From Elsinoe ampelina (taxonomy: Eukaryota): a DNA stretch of 64,000 nucleotides. The DNA lies in NCBI GenBank assembly GCA_010093995.1, contig ML992501.1, forward strand, positions 138,560-202,559. The letters run 5' to 3'. Both the position numbers and the translations under genes were made by a program. Under the pieces are notes generated by a model. That model had not been told where the DNA came from. It ran no database searches and worked only from the letters and a program-made list of their open reading frames with translations. Positions 37,339 through 49,900 of this stretch are shown here, one piece after another; position 1 is the first letter of the stretch, and every line of letters begins with the position of its first letter.

Positions 37339-38289
37339 ATGCGACATGTCTCGACCGCCTTGAGGTCTCGTTTCCGTCAGGTATCGCTGGACGATGTCTC
37401 GACCATATCGACCGTCCTGGTGAAGCACTGGTACTGGAACCTCGCACTACCAAACGTCCTCCATGCCAATCGCGACTCCATCCGTCTGACGCATAGTCAT
37501 GCGTCAAGGAGCCCTGAGGCAACGGATCTGGGCTCTGGGCTTAGTCAATCTGGGCGGCGTGCTCCATTGATTCGCAGGATATCGAGCAGGGACATTAACA
37601 TTCCCCTCTCTTCTCAGCCACAGCCTCCGCGTGTGCCACCACCGATTTCTGCTCCTCGTGCAGCCCGCCACCTAGGCGCTCCCCTGAAACAAGCTCCAAA
37701 ATTGACCACGCACGCAAGGTCACTTAACGTTCAATATCAAGCATCTCCCGTCCACCCGCGCGCCAATATCGGCCTTCCACAATTGACTCGCAATGTGGCT
37801 ATGGATATCTATCATCCGCTCAATATCTTTGCAACCCGACGTCTTGACGATTGGTCTCTCCAAAGTTTCAAATGGAACATCAGGGTCGACATCAGCGTAT
37901 CCAAAAAGGCTGTAGTCAGGAACTGGGTGCGCCGGAGAGTGCAAGCTGCCATGCGGGAACGTCTTGAAGCAAGAGGCTGGGGAGTGAACGGAGAGGTACT
38001 TGCAGCCAAGAATCCTCAAGACGAGGGAATGAGTGGCGAGACGACGAATGTGCAGAAGAGCAGAGGACAATCATCGACCGATCGAGCTACGACAGCTCAA
38101 CCCCAGCAGAATAGGCAGCTGGAAGGTGCACTGCTCGTTGTTGCAGATCAGAGTCTGATTACTGCTAGCTTCCCAGATGTTAAGGAGAAGGTGGAAAGCA
38201 TGTTGGACTGGGTAGTACAGAAGCAGAGATTGCATGCGGCAGAGCAAAAGAACCCGTGGAAGCAGCGATCGTTTGTTCGAAGACGATGA
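37339..38289 (+). CDS. Bacterial-type RNase P protein (RnpA)-like, putatively mitochondrial
   Basis: SVSKKAVVRNWVRRRVQAAMR resembles the RnpA RNR helix, and LEGALLVVADQSLITASFPDVKEKVESML resembles beta4-alpha3. N-terminus MRHVSTALRSRFRQ is Arg/Ser-rich. Possible in-frame intron 37431..37496. Confidence 0.65.
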   Translation: MRHVSTALRSRFRQVSLDDVSTISTVLVKHWYWNLALPNVLHANRDSIRLTHSHASRSPEATDLGSGLSQSGRRAPLIRRISSRDINIPLSSQPQPPRVPPPISAPRAARHLGAPLKQAPKLTTHARSLNVQYQASPVHPRANIGLPQLTRNVAMDIYHPLNIFATRRLDDWSLQSFKWNIRVDISVSKKAVVRNWVRRRVQAAMRERLEARGWGVNGEVLAAKNPQDEGMSGETTNVQKSRGQSSTDRATTAQPQQNRQLEGALLVVADQSLITASFPDVKEKVESMLDWVVQKQRLHAAEQKNPWKQRSFVRRR

Positions 38290-39261
38290 ATATTCTATCC
38301 TCAGGAAGATTGGCTGTAAGCCGTGTATACAGATCAATGTACAACTCATGATGAACACTCCACCAGACCAGTACAGATTCGAGCACCACCAGCTCAATTA
38401 TCACGCAATGTAACATGACACAAAACAGGACCTCGAGATAGCCAGTGCATCAGCGCAATGCCAGCCTTCCCTCGCGAAATCACTACATACGGCATCTGAA
38501 AGCCATGCCTATCTGACCAAAGCAGTCCATCGTCGTGGATCGACCAGGAGACCACCTATGCGGCAGGCAAGAACGAGCACGACCATCATGGCGCAGTCAT
38601 GCCTCCACAGAGCAGTCAATCCGATAACCACCACCACGTCACGCACCAAGCATAATGGCAGGAAGAATAGGGACCTCTCATACAAGACTATACATGACCA
38701 CCTCCCCCTCTCCTCTCCCTCTCCATCCCTCTGCCAACCCTGGCCCTTCGTCCCTCCCTCTCCCTTCCTTACCCTCCTCTCCCCATCCTCAGCTGGCGTC
38801 CTCCTACCAGAAACGAGCGCATCCCAAGCCCTCACCCATCCCATCGCTTCATCCACGCCATAATACGCCATAACCCCAAATGCCCCTTGCATAAAAACTA
38901 AAAAGAAGAAACGCCAGCGCTTTTCATCCCAGATCCTGCCCCTCCCTCCATGCTCGGAAAAGACAGGCAAAGCTGTTCATCGTATGTACAAAAGTAAACG
39001 GGCGGTAGAGTCCTGGTCTTCTCCGCTCGCTCCTTCCTCCTCTCCTTCCTCCGCCGGTCCCTCTGCCCTTTCGGCTTCGGGATCAGACTCGGTGTCTCCT
39101 GGCAGGACAGCTTCTCGTTCTCCTCGTTCCTCTCTCAACCCTCCCGCATCGTCTCGCCATCCCGCGTCTCCCTCTTCCACGCCCTCCCTGCCTCTCCAAC
39201 CTTCCTCCTCGTCGAAGTCCATCACGCAAACCCCTGGGTGAGACCCAGTGGGAGAGAAAAA

Positions 39262-42200
39262 CTACTTGCTCCCCCTCCCGCCTCTGCTCTTCAACCTCTC
39301 CCTGTCTTCCTCCCTGATGCAATCCAGCGTCAGGTCCCCCCTGCTGTTCTCCCTCGTGAAATCAGGTCTCGTGCTCTCCCTGCTCAGCGGCTCGTGGCCT
39401 ACGCTGTGGCTGCTCTCTACTCTCTGCAGGTAAGCGGCCGAAGTAAAGTCGCGAGTCGCTTCGAATGAAGGTCGGGTACGGCTGCGTTCCATCGAGGCGC
39501 GGACGCGGTCGAAAGAGGGTCGGGGGCGGTCGAAGGATGCGCGGGGCGTGGGTTCGCTTTCGATGGGGCTGATGCCGGGGGGGCGGGCGAGGCCGAAGGT
39601 GTCTTTGTAACCTGGGTGGGTGTCGGCTGGGGAGTGGGAGAAGGAGTCGGCTGGTTTGGGGTTGGTCCCGTCGCGGGAGGAGGGGACAGGAGGAAAGGCG
39701 CGATCGAGCGAGTTGCGAAATGAATTCAAGTCGACAGTGCCGTCCGATCCCTGTGGAGAGTAGGGGTAATGAGTTGTTGCTGTGTTGGTTACAGATGGTG
39801 GGTAAAAGGGGCGTTCTTCGTCGTGTCGTTCGTGGGGTGAGCGGTGGCGGGTGTGGCCGTTCTTGCGCTGTTCCATCGGCTTGCTGAGATCACTGCTGCT
39901 CTGCGACTCGATCTCCTTCTCGGTTGGTGCTTGGGCAGGGGCCGTGAGCTTGTTAGGGTCCACGTCGTCCAGATACTTGTAGCGCCCAAGGCGAATCTCC
40001 TCTCTGATGATATCGATATCCATCGGCATATAGATCTTCTGGAACGATTTGATAGCGAAGCGTGGCAAGAGGCACATGACAACTGTTAAAAGTGTGACTG
40101 TCCAGAATGACAACGTTCCATAGCAATTGGCGGCGGCGCGGTAGAATGTTGATGCGGACGTGAACGATGTGTATGCCCCAGTCCAGAGGAATACCAGGAT
40201 GATACTGATTGCCGTCATGAGTACAATAAACCAATCCCAGCGATATGTGTTCATAAGCACGTAAACATTGACGACAATGATTGCCGGGTGGGCGATGTAG
40301 ACACCAAGCTGCTGATAATCATTGACTCCTCGACCAGTGGGAGACTCAAAAGTGGCCGGCGCGAAGAGTAGATATGGCATGAAGAAGCATATCAGGGATT
40401 GATAGAGTGCATCGCCCATATAGAACCTAAGACTTGTTAGGGAGCTATTTTGATGACAACGACGAGTATACATGCCAGAACTTCAGGGGTGTCCACTCAA
40501 GGCGTTCAATACCCCTTCGATAGAGTTGTGGTACAGCCAGAGACACCTTGTCGCTAACGTCCTGGTCCAGAATGCCGAGGAAGATGATAGGTAAGCTGGT
40601 AAAGGCCAGATTGTACAGCAGAATGTAGGTGTAGTCGAAAACGTAAGAACAGTCAAAGCTGGCATAAGCGTTGTAAAAGAAAAGACAGAACACCCATGTT
40701 ATGTTCTATGCATGAATTAGCATTCAACGGGTAGTCGACGAGTACTTGACGTGATGCCCAGTAGAATATTTGCCGAAGAAGGATGACTCACCTTGTAGAA
40801 GAAATTGGCAATGGTCTCTGCCAATCTCCTGTAGCTCCACCGTCCATGGACAAGCAACAGTCTGGTCAAGTATCTAAACTGGCCGATAGCATAATCCGAC
40901 GACATGACAGCCTGTCTACCCTCCTCACCAGCAATACCAACACCGACATGCGCTTCTTGAATCATGCTCACATCATTGGCACCGTCACCGATACTCAACG
41001 TGATGACATCGAGACCGTTCTTGACCATGGCAACGACAGCGGCTTTCTGCGCGGGACTGACTCTGCAGCACAGCACAGACTTGCACTCCTTGCAGAGAAG
41101 GAGGAACTTCTGCCTGAGCGCATCGTCAAGCATGAGGCGTAAGGTATCACCATCGATGACGAGGGCGTGGGTTGGGTCGGGAGGTTCGTGGTTCTTCTTG
41201 GCAGCTTTGAGCTCTTCATCGCTGCCGGTCTTGCCGAAGGAGGCGAGGTGTCGATCGAGCTCTGCCTCGGCCTTGGTCATGTCGCCGTCGTCGATCTTCA
41301 GGATGATGAGGTCCATGTCATTGTCGAGCAGGTTGCAGGAGAAGCCGATGTTGATGGCGGTCTCGACCTTGTCACCGGTAAGCACCCAGAGCTTGATGCC
41401 TGCAAGACCAAGAAGGGCAATAGCATCAGGTACACCGTCTTGGAGGCGATCCTCAATAGCAGTACCGCCCAAGAGCATGAGGTCACGCTCGATACGATCG
41501 GACACTGCCTCGATCTTCTCCTCACGATCCTGAATGGCTGCGGCGGCAATCTCGTGATCCTTCTGCCAGGCTTGGTATTCCTCTTCAGTAAGATCCCGTT
41601 GAGCGATGCACAGTGTTCGTAGACCCTCGCGTGCGAACATCTCGAGATGCTCGGCGGTGATCTTGCGGAGCTCCGGTTGCTCGTCAGCCTTCAGTCGCGA
41701 GTAGATGATGCTGTCTGCACCCTTGCAGTAAAGTCGAATCTTGTTATCGGGGAACCGGATGATGATAGACATTCGCTTCCTCGCAGAGTTGAATTCGAGA
41801 GTGTTGAGGACCGTGAATCTCTGCTCGTGTCCTTGCACGGAGAGCAACATGTCGTCGCCGATGGTGGGCAGTACTGTCCAGCCACAGTCCTTGGCTGTCG
41901 CTACCAGTGCAGCTTCGTCAGGTGATTGTGCTCGGAATTCGATCTTGGGGATCTCGCCCGGAACACGCTCAGCAATGACTGTATGGCAAAGTGCGAGCGC
42001 GAGCATGAACTCCTCATTAGCGATCTTCTGCCCTTGTCCAGAGTCACCGATCAGGTCCTGCACAAAGTCTGGTGCAACAAAAGTGAGGTCATCGTCGTGA
42101 AGATACGGGTTGTCGTCAATCTCGCGCAGACCCGCCAACATCTTGATCTTGTCCTCGGCAATCTGTTTCCGTGCACGCGCGCCCTCCACCTCAACATCGA

Positions 42201-44298
42201 TACCTTCCCGCTTCTGCATACCTGCTAGAGCCTCTGTGTATGCTTCTCCGTAGGGTACACCATTCACTGTCATCTTCTTGAACTCCATAACGTTCTGCGT
42301 GAGCGTACCAGTCTTGTCCGAGAAGATGTACTCGATTTGACCTAGATCATCAGAGATATTCCAGGACTTTGGCGTACACGGGTAGTCGAGTTTCTCGTAG
42401 TACATGTAGGTGTCTGAGTAGATGAAGAAGGCCTGTGCGGTTCGGACAATTTCCAGCGAGATGTAAAGCGAGATAGGTACCAAATTCTGGAAGAGAATGA
42501 TTGCTGCCCAGAAAGTGATGAATCCGTTTAGACCTGGCGTTCCACCGTACGAGCCGAACTCGAAGAAATCTAACGATTGATTTCCAAGACCCCATGTGTA
42601 GCCTTGCACGATCGCAGCGACTAGGCACATAATGAAAAGGATGATGAAGTTGTAGATGACGTTCCAGTTCAGACTCTTTGAGATCTTTGCGCGCTTGCTA
42701 GGGGTGATGCCAGAGTTTAGCATGATTTTCGATTCATCACCAGTAAAGATGACGACACCGAGGATCCAGTCTGTGTTCTTGACACTGCAACCTCGGAGGA
42801 GAACATTGTTGATCCCAATGGGCTCGGCCATCTCCTTAGGTGGACTACCCAATTGTTGTGGATCGGGCTCTTGCCACCGTACAACTCCGCTGTATGCATA
42901 GAGATTGGCATGTGGTGGCTCGCTTTCGATGACAAAGCTCGTCCGTTCGCAATCTCGTGCTCTCCGTACTCTATGTCCGCAGTGTAGGGCATTCCGAACT
43001 TTGAGATTGGTCTCTCCGTCCAAGTTCTTGGTCTCAACGTAGCAGACTCCGTCATTGTCCGATGTCGAGAGCACAACAATATCCGCCGGAATCTGTTCGT
43101 TGTTGTAGAGGCGCACAAAGTCACCGACCTGTACGTTCTTCCAGTAGTCCTTCTTAAACCGAGCCTTGCCCGGGGCCTCCTTCGAAGTATCCACCAGACT
43201 GCCATAGTGTCTTTTGATGATCTGTGGATGTTCCGAGTGGACCTGGTCTCTCGGTACCTCCAATGATTGCCCCATCTTTGAACGTGACGTTGAGTTTTCC
43301 AGCGGCCAATTCTCCAAGGGTTTCAGCGCATTGTTCACCGCATCCAGCTCAGCGATTCCAGGTTGCGAGTGACCAGGGGTGGGGGATGGGACCGGCGTCA
43401 ATTCCATGGCACCACCGTTCTCGCGTGGTATATGACTTGAACTTCTCGGAGTGTAAGCCGACTCCCGCCTCGTGTCCACGGAAACTCTGGGTTGATCCAC
43501 CGCTCTATCGGCATATGTCTTCCCATCCTCGCCCTGCTGGCCCTTCCGCTTGGCTGTTGCGCCCTTGTACGCCTTCCATGCTTGTTGGATGACCCGGGTA
43601 TTTGCTTTCTTGAACTTCCTCCACCACGACACCTTCTCCTCTGCCGTATTCACATTCTCCCAGTCGACCAACCGGTGGGTGGGAGCATTGTTGAGTTCGT
43701 TGTCGACGACTGTTCGACGCCAATCTTCTATGGCGTCCTTTATGGCTGTGATTACTAAAATGACTATAAGGGGCACTGCGGCCAGGGCGGGATTCGTTAC
43801 GCCAAAGATGGAGAAGAACTGGTCATGTCAGCGGCATTACCAGACCCAGATAATTCGACCTACACCGATAATAATGACGAAGAGAAAGTAGATGTTGGCT
43901 ACGTTGTGTAGCTGAAACCAGAGATTCTTGGGTATAAAACTGATTGGTGTGTACTTGGCGGTCCTGATCTTGTTCCGAGGGTAGTGGGCGATCGGGTAAC
44001 CATTCGTGTCTCTCATAGACGGCGGAAGCGGTACATTGAAGAAGAGACGTCTTCCTGGTCCAGCCTCCTGCGCCTGTTCCTCCCCTGCCTGCCCATCCTG
44101 TGAGACCTGCTCCGATTCCGAGGGCCTCTGCGGAGCATGCCCCTTTCTATGCGACAGTCTCCGTAATATGCCTTCGCGCTTCGTGTGACCACTCTCTCCA
44201 GGATGCTTTTGTGTAGCCCATCTTATCCGCTTCGAAATCTTCTTGTCAGATTCTTGCGGCGCGTTGGCCTTATTCGACTTGTCCGACTCGGCGACCAT
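39262..44298 (-). CDS. dnf1: P4-ATPase phospholipid flippase (Dnf1/Dnf2, DnfA-like)
   Basis: NKIRTAKY, DGETNLK, PISL, DKTGTLT, TGDK and GDGAND. Introns 43863..43819, 40791..40706 and GC-AG intron 40475..40427. Confidence 0.93.
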
Positions 44299-44821
44299 GT
44301 TTGGGAGCGAAACGCGCGGGGATTCGAGTAGGAGTCGACGACTTTCATTCACCTACGGTCCGGTCATCTGGTAGGGCCTATTCGTACAGGGCGACAGCGC
44401 AGTGTTTGCGTGATGTGTATTGTCCGGCTGGGTCCGGATCTCACGGCTCCAAAAGCGATAGGAGTCGGAGGATTGTGAAGTTATGTTCGGCCGTGATATA
44501 GATCGTGAGTGTCGTTCAGCGGTGGCCACAATCTCACAGAGAGCCAACAAGTAGATCCGCACCGCCGTAAGTCCCAAATTCGTCACGTCGAGTGAGTAGA
44601 TCGGGAGTGAAAGTGTCCTGTTGCTGATGAAATTCAAGGGTTTCTCGGCAAGCTTGGGATGATGAACGGCGCTCGCGGAGCAAAGCACACGCTAGACTCT
44701 ACCTAAACACGCATCGCAACTCTGCAAGGCACTAAATTATTATTCAGCCTCGCCCTCGGACTTTAGCTTTGGGACCTGATCCGCAGTCCGTGTCGGTGAG
44801 ATTGTATAAATTTATCGATTT

Positions 44822-44852
44822 TCGCGCAGGCTCGCGCAGGCTCGCGCAGGCT
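44822..44852. repeat. 10-bp tandem repeat (TCGCGCAGGC) x3
   Basis: tcgcgcaggc tcgcgcaggc tcgcgcaggc in the divergent promoter region, about 530 bp upstream of the flippase ATG. Confidence 0.85.
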
Positions 44853-46196
44853 GACATGATGGCGGTGTCTTTCACATACAACCAACCATACGAGGCTATG
44901 TCACAGCTGGTGATGCCTCTACTTGCTTGACCGCACACCACTTTCTGGGCAAGAGGGCATGGCAGGGCAGGGATGAGCAGGTAAGATTGGACATGTCAAT
45001 CGAGTCAAGTTATGCATGGCCGTCATGAATGTCTCTTGTTTGATCCTCGGACACTTTTTTTGGTTTGCATCCTCCGCGCGTCTCCGCTCGGCTTGCACCT
45101 TCCTGCATTGTCGAACCCAAGCGATGGCACAATGGTCTATTCTACGCGACTATCGAGAAGAGTTCAGCAGACAGTGTCGAATGCTTGTCAAGGGATTGGG
45201 CAGTGCGACGAACTGCAGTTTCGAGGCCGTGCGAGCGTTTCACTTCTGACTTGCAGCCACAATCTAGAGGTTCCTAATCTTTGGTCGGCGCACTGGGCGT
45301 GAGCATGAGCCTAGAGGCCTTATTTTGGGTCGCCGAGTAATAGAACTTTCCGAGCATCTTCTTTCTACCTTATGTGATGTTCCCATATCAGATCTTTGCC
45401 CTTGATCGCACTTTTGATGGGGCATGAACGCGATCAAGTCCAGCCACGTATCTATCCTCTCCTATCCAAGCCGCTGGTGCCGTTGATGACCAGCAGAACG
45501 GTGATGACTATCATAGCGGTCCGTCGCGTTGACGGGTCGATAGGAGATAATATAGACGGGCATGACGACAATGTATCAGGCGAGGGACAACAGGCCGGGT
45601 ATTTTGCTTTTGTATACTACTGTACTGCACGTATCGTGTCACCGGATCTCCACATGCATGCCGAGCCTTTGTTTTCTTGCAGATTTGCAGGGGAAGCATG
45701 CGTCTTGAGCCAAAAGTCTGGTTCACACCGCAACATTGTTTCGCTGGCAGTTGTGGGTCTAGCATTCTTCTATAGTCCACTACTTATACAAACTTTTGGT
45801 CCGCCATATCGTTTGCCTTCAATTTACCTACCACACCACCGCCTCCAGTCTCTGAAATGAATAATTTGTGATGGTTTGATCAATGTCAATTTGTATCACA
45901 CGCCGCTGCTTTGCGTCGGCTCTCGCCAAGGCAAGTCTGTTTTTTGGGGGGGTGTGTGTGGGCTAATCACCCGAGTTGCCCTTCTCCTCTTTGGACACTC
46001 TGTCTCTGTGCCACATTGCCGTCGTCTTTCAGCTCCTCTTAATTGTCAGCTGCGTACCACACATCTGTCATTCATCTCGAGCAATCCAGGAACATGCACG
46101 ACCGCCCCGGGTCCATCTGAAAGGCTTGTCATCGTCTCATTCGCGGATCATGGCAGATCAGTCCGAGACCAAAATCGCAAGGACGAAAATACTCAC

Positions 46197-46933
46197 ATGG
46201 CACTTCCCGGCTCTGTCGACGCCTCACGACTTGGACTTAGCAGTGACGAGATTGCAACGCTTCAACGACATCAGCAGGTTGCATTGTCAAATGCTGGAAG
46301 CTCTTCTTCTCGAGCCGCCAGCGCGGCCTCTAGTCAAGGCCGGCTGCTACTCGATCCGACCAGTCTATCAGTTCTCGCAGCGCATTTCGACAGAGTCATG
46401 GCTGCCATACAACAGCGACTGGCTTTGGTAAGTGGTTTGCAATTTCATTACCTCTTCACATGCACAACAATGCGGGTCACGGGTCGGTCTCGCATGCTAT
46501 TCGGCCTAGGCAGAGCAACGCCACCGTACCTGTATCATCCTTGAGTCCATGAGATTGCTTGTGTGGCACTTCTTCCGACTTGCATCCTCGTCGTTCTGTG
46601 CTACCATTGCATTCCCTTCTTGTCACTCTGCTACCATACTTGCCCGCTTTACTTTTCCTTTGTTGGAACAGCCACAGTTATACGTAGATATCAAGCATTG
46701 AATCACGTACTGACCAGCCACAGCTGAACCAGCAGACACAAATCGCTGCTGCCCGTCAGACTCAGCTGGCTCAGATGACGGCGGCGCAAGCCGACGCAGA
46801 GATAGCTAGATTCCGAGCTATCCTCCGGCAGATCGATGAGCTGGAGAATGAATTCGCCAAGATCAGGCGCATCAGGGAGATAGTCCGCTCGTTTCGTGCC
46901 AGAGTGGATGCACTGGCGAGGCGAGTGGGTTGA
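46197..46933 (+). CDS. cnl1: BLOC-1 subunit Cnl1-like coiled-coil protein
   Basis: SSRAASAASSQGRLLLDPTSL...FDRVMAAIQQRL joins LNQQTQ...ILRQIDELENEFAKIRRIREIVRSFRARVDAL. Intron 46428..46723. Confidence 0.75.
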
Positions 46934-49900
46934 CGATGTCGAGTAGACGACGCGCATGGCAAACGCTCGTCAGAGTGACAGCAGGAGAAGAGAAGGAAGT
47001 TGCATCGGTCTCGTTCACGCACAGTCTTGCTTTCAAGAAGGAAGCCGCAAGGCAAAATAGGGGGTTTATGGGGACACGGCGTCTGACTCCGCCGGGTAGG
47101 GCATCACTGTGGTCGATACGGCTTTTGACACAATCGAACACCCAATGTTCATGCATATAATTGGGTTGCGGCTCATAGATCCTACGTCCCTTGCCGCGTG
47201 TCTCGACCTTCAGTCGTTGGGATTGCATTCAGGCGTTTTCCCTGATGCTACCCTGACGGTCCCCATTCAATTTTACCCCTGTTCCTTGTGACATCCCGCT
47301 GTGGGACCATCGAGCTCGGGCGGGATGGGCATCAAGGTGCGGCTCAGATGCACAACATGCTTATTCGGCCGCGTGCTTTGGCAATGCCGGAGTGTTGGTG
47401 CCGATCTCGCTGACTGAGCATTTCGAGATTACGATGGCAGCCAGAGTGTCGCCACGAGAACAGTCACGGTGCCATGCACAAGAGCTTTCATCAACATGGT
47501 CCATATCCGGATCACCCGCCGCTGTTCCTCCCGCAGCATTCCACCCGCGCATTATCATGCACAATAATCACCATGGAACTCCCTTATTGCCTTCCAGAAG
47601 CCCGCCTCCGCACTTACGCACATGCATAACGTACAAAGCGTACGAGTACACGCGGGAGGTATCAAAGTCACCCACGCCGAACAGCCCTACCACACGAGCC
47701 CCTTGCAAGCCGGAACGCGAAGGATGGCTCGGCTGCATGTCCATCCCACCTGGAAGAGCCCGGCAAGCCAGTAGGAGTTTTCTAGACGCTACCTTCACAC
47801 TTGCGCCCAAAGCACTTGTTACAGAGTCCCTCCACACGAGACATGCGAGATGCACGCGACATCCACCTCGTCAGATCACCAAGCTTTCCAATGCACTGCG
47901 AGACAGTAACGTCGCCCTTCCCTCAAGGGTCTCCAGGGCTGCACTCTCGCCTTCCAGTGGATCCTCAAGCAAGTCGGCTATTGCCCCCCACCACACCCGG
48001 AAGCCGACAATCACCCGGATCCAGCAGAGCATCTCTTCCACAAAAGCGGTGAGCAAGACATCGGAACACCCCGGAACAACAAACTCGTGGTAACGAGCAG
48101 ACCGCGCATGTCACCTCGCAGAACTCCACTTGCACTCGGAGATCCTCCGTCGCCGCGCCCGCAGCATGAGGCGGGCATTGTCTGACATGCATCTCTCCCA
48201 CAGATCGACCTTGATCTGATGACGGGTCGCGCGTCCGATCTGCATGGAATGACCCATGACAGTGGACCACAAAGGGCTTGTCCGCGGCATGAGTCGAGTA
48301 GCAATCTCGCTTTGAGCCAGCTTTTCATCCGGAGCTGCCATTACTGCCAGCAAAGGTTGGTACGATGCTGGGGAGACACATGAGGGGGATGATCGGGGGG
48401 CCATGTGGTCGTGCAGAGCCAGACTGTCCGACTGGCTTTTCTAGGGCTACCTATCCGGCTGCTGCGACTACTGCAGGGTGGGCATCATTATGAGCATAAG
48501 TCGCGGGTGAATCGGGCTATTTGTCCCCCCGTCAGGACAACACGAGTGTGCCTTGCCTGGGCCTGAGTTAACGCCGGGGATGGTGATGGTCAGGAGAAAC
48601 TCGGACGTGATATCCGGGAGCCGCGTGCGCAATATCAACTGTAAAAAACTTGTAGCGTGCTCAACCACCAGATTTGGGACGGGTGTGCACGGTGCTGGAC
48701 CCTTGTGGGTGGGAGCCAGTCGCTGCGTGTCATTTTGGACGCTGGGTCTGCCGTCTCAACGCACCTCGGACCAGTGAAGGTCGAGGTAAAAGTATTTGGT
48801 CGAGACGTCAGGCAAGCCACTGTACCACGTTTTTGAGGCCGTGGACGATTGAGGCCGTTTTGTTTTGAGACGTGAGGCTGAAGAACAATAGTCATCAGAG
48901 ACTCTGGTGACTTCAGTGGTGGGACGGAGGGATAAATGTTCAAGACGTCGTTCTGGTGGGGTGGGATAAAGTTGTGGTAGTGTATAGACGCTTTGACATT
49001 TGACATGTGATTGTCGTGTGCGTATGCAGGCTTTCTTTCTTTGATCGCATGTCTATCGATGGATCTATCTCCACAACATATCCCACAGGTCAACATCAGG
49101 GATTCAAAGCTAGGACATCTGGGAGGTGACTTCGTCCCGTCCAGCAAGCGATGTTATGGGAAATTCGACATGCACGATCTGCGGCATACTTCCAGAATAT
49201 TGTGCCGCGGTCTTGGTTCTTTGATCAAGGAGAGGATTATTGGCGACAAGTAAGCCGACATAAATTCAATCTGGAGATTATCCCGAGCACATCCTGGTCA
49301 CCTCGACACTTCTTCCTTCATGTATAGTACAGGCTCATGCTGAGGCATAAGTTACGAGTAAGCTGAAACACTGTCGGTCCTCCGGGAATGCCATGAAGCT
49401 CAATGATCGGCAGAGCTGCATTCTTTGTGTACCCACCGACTGGTAACTTTCGTGAAAGGATTGTACAGAGAGTATTGGATGGTGATCCCTACAGCAAAAC
49501 GGCTGGAACAATCATCCACATCCTCAGATTTACCCTGGCGTTCCAAACGGTGTGCGACGTGGCTCGGACTCAAGTTCGTCTATTGCTACACGCGACATGG
49601 TTCGTTACGACCCTTGTTTGAACTGAATTAAAGTCGAATCCTGTTGATCCGGCGCCCGTCTCGGCTGGTTGAATCTTTCGATGACCAGAAGAAAAAGAGC
49701 TGCGGCACATCTGGCGCCGGTCGTTGAACCACGCTGCTTCCTACCAGACCCACTTGGCATGGTATGCGACGGGAGGTCTATTTGGGAAAGAGTCAAGAGA
49801 GGCGACAATTATGATGGGCTCGTAAATGAGAGTAGAGCTCGCTTATACTCGCATTCGAGAAGCAAATGCCGAATACGTAACGGTGTGCCCTTCCAACCGG

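Noticed and set aside
15183..38289. rpr2 and the RnpA-like gene as an RNase P gene cluster
   Set aside because: They are over 21 kb apart with unrelated genes between them and would act in different compartments; likely coincidence.
38348..38500. ATGATGA...CTGA as a box C/D snoRNA (also ATGATGA at about 21499)
   Set aside because: Spacing is long or the D box is missing, there is no terminal stem, and no guide complementarity was recognised.
38977..39265. Extra C-terminal exon of the flippase
   Set aside because: It would need an intron of about 33 nt with a weak donor; the stop at 39262 is the simpler reading.
47392..48093. 233-aa ORF between cnl1 and areA
   Set aside because: Ser/Pro/Arg-rich with no domain or convincing splice structure; probably a chance ORF.
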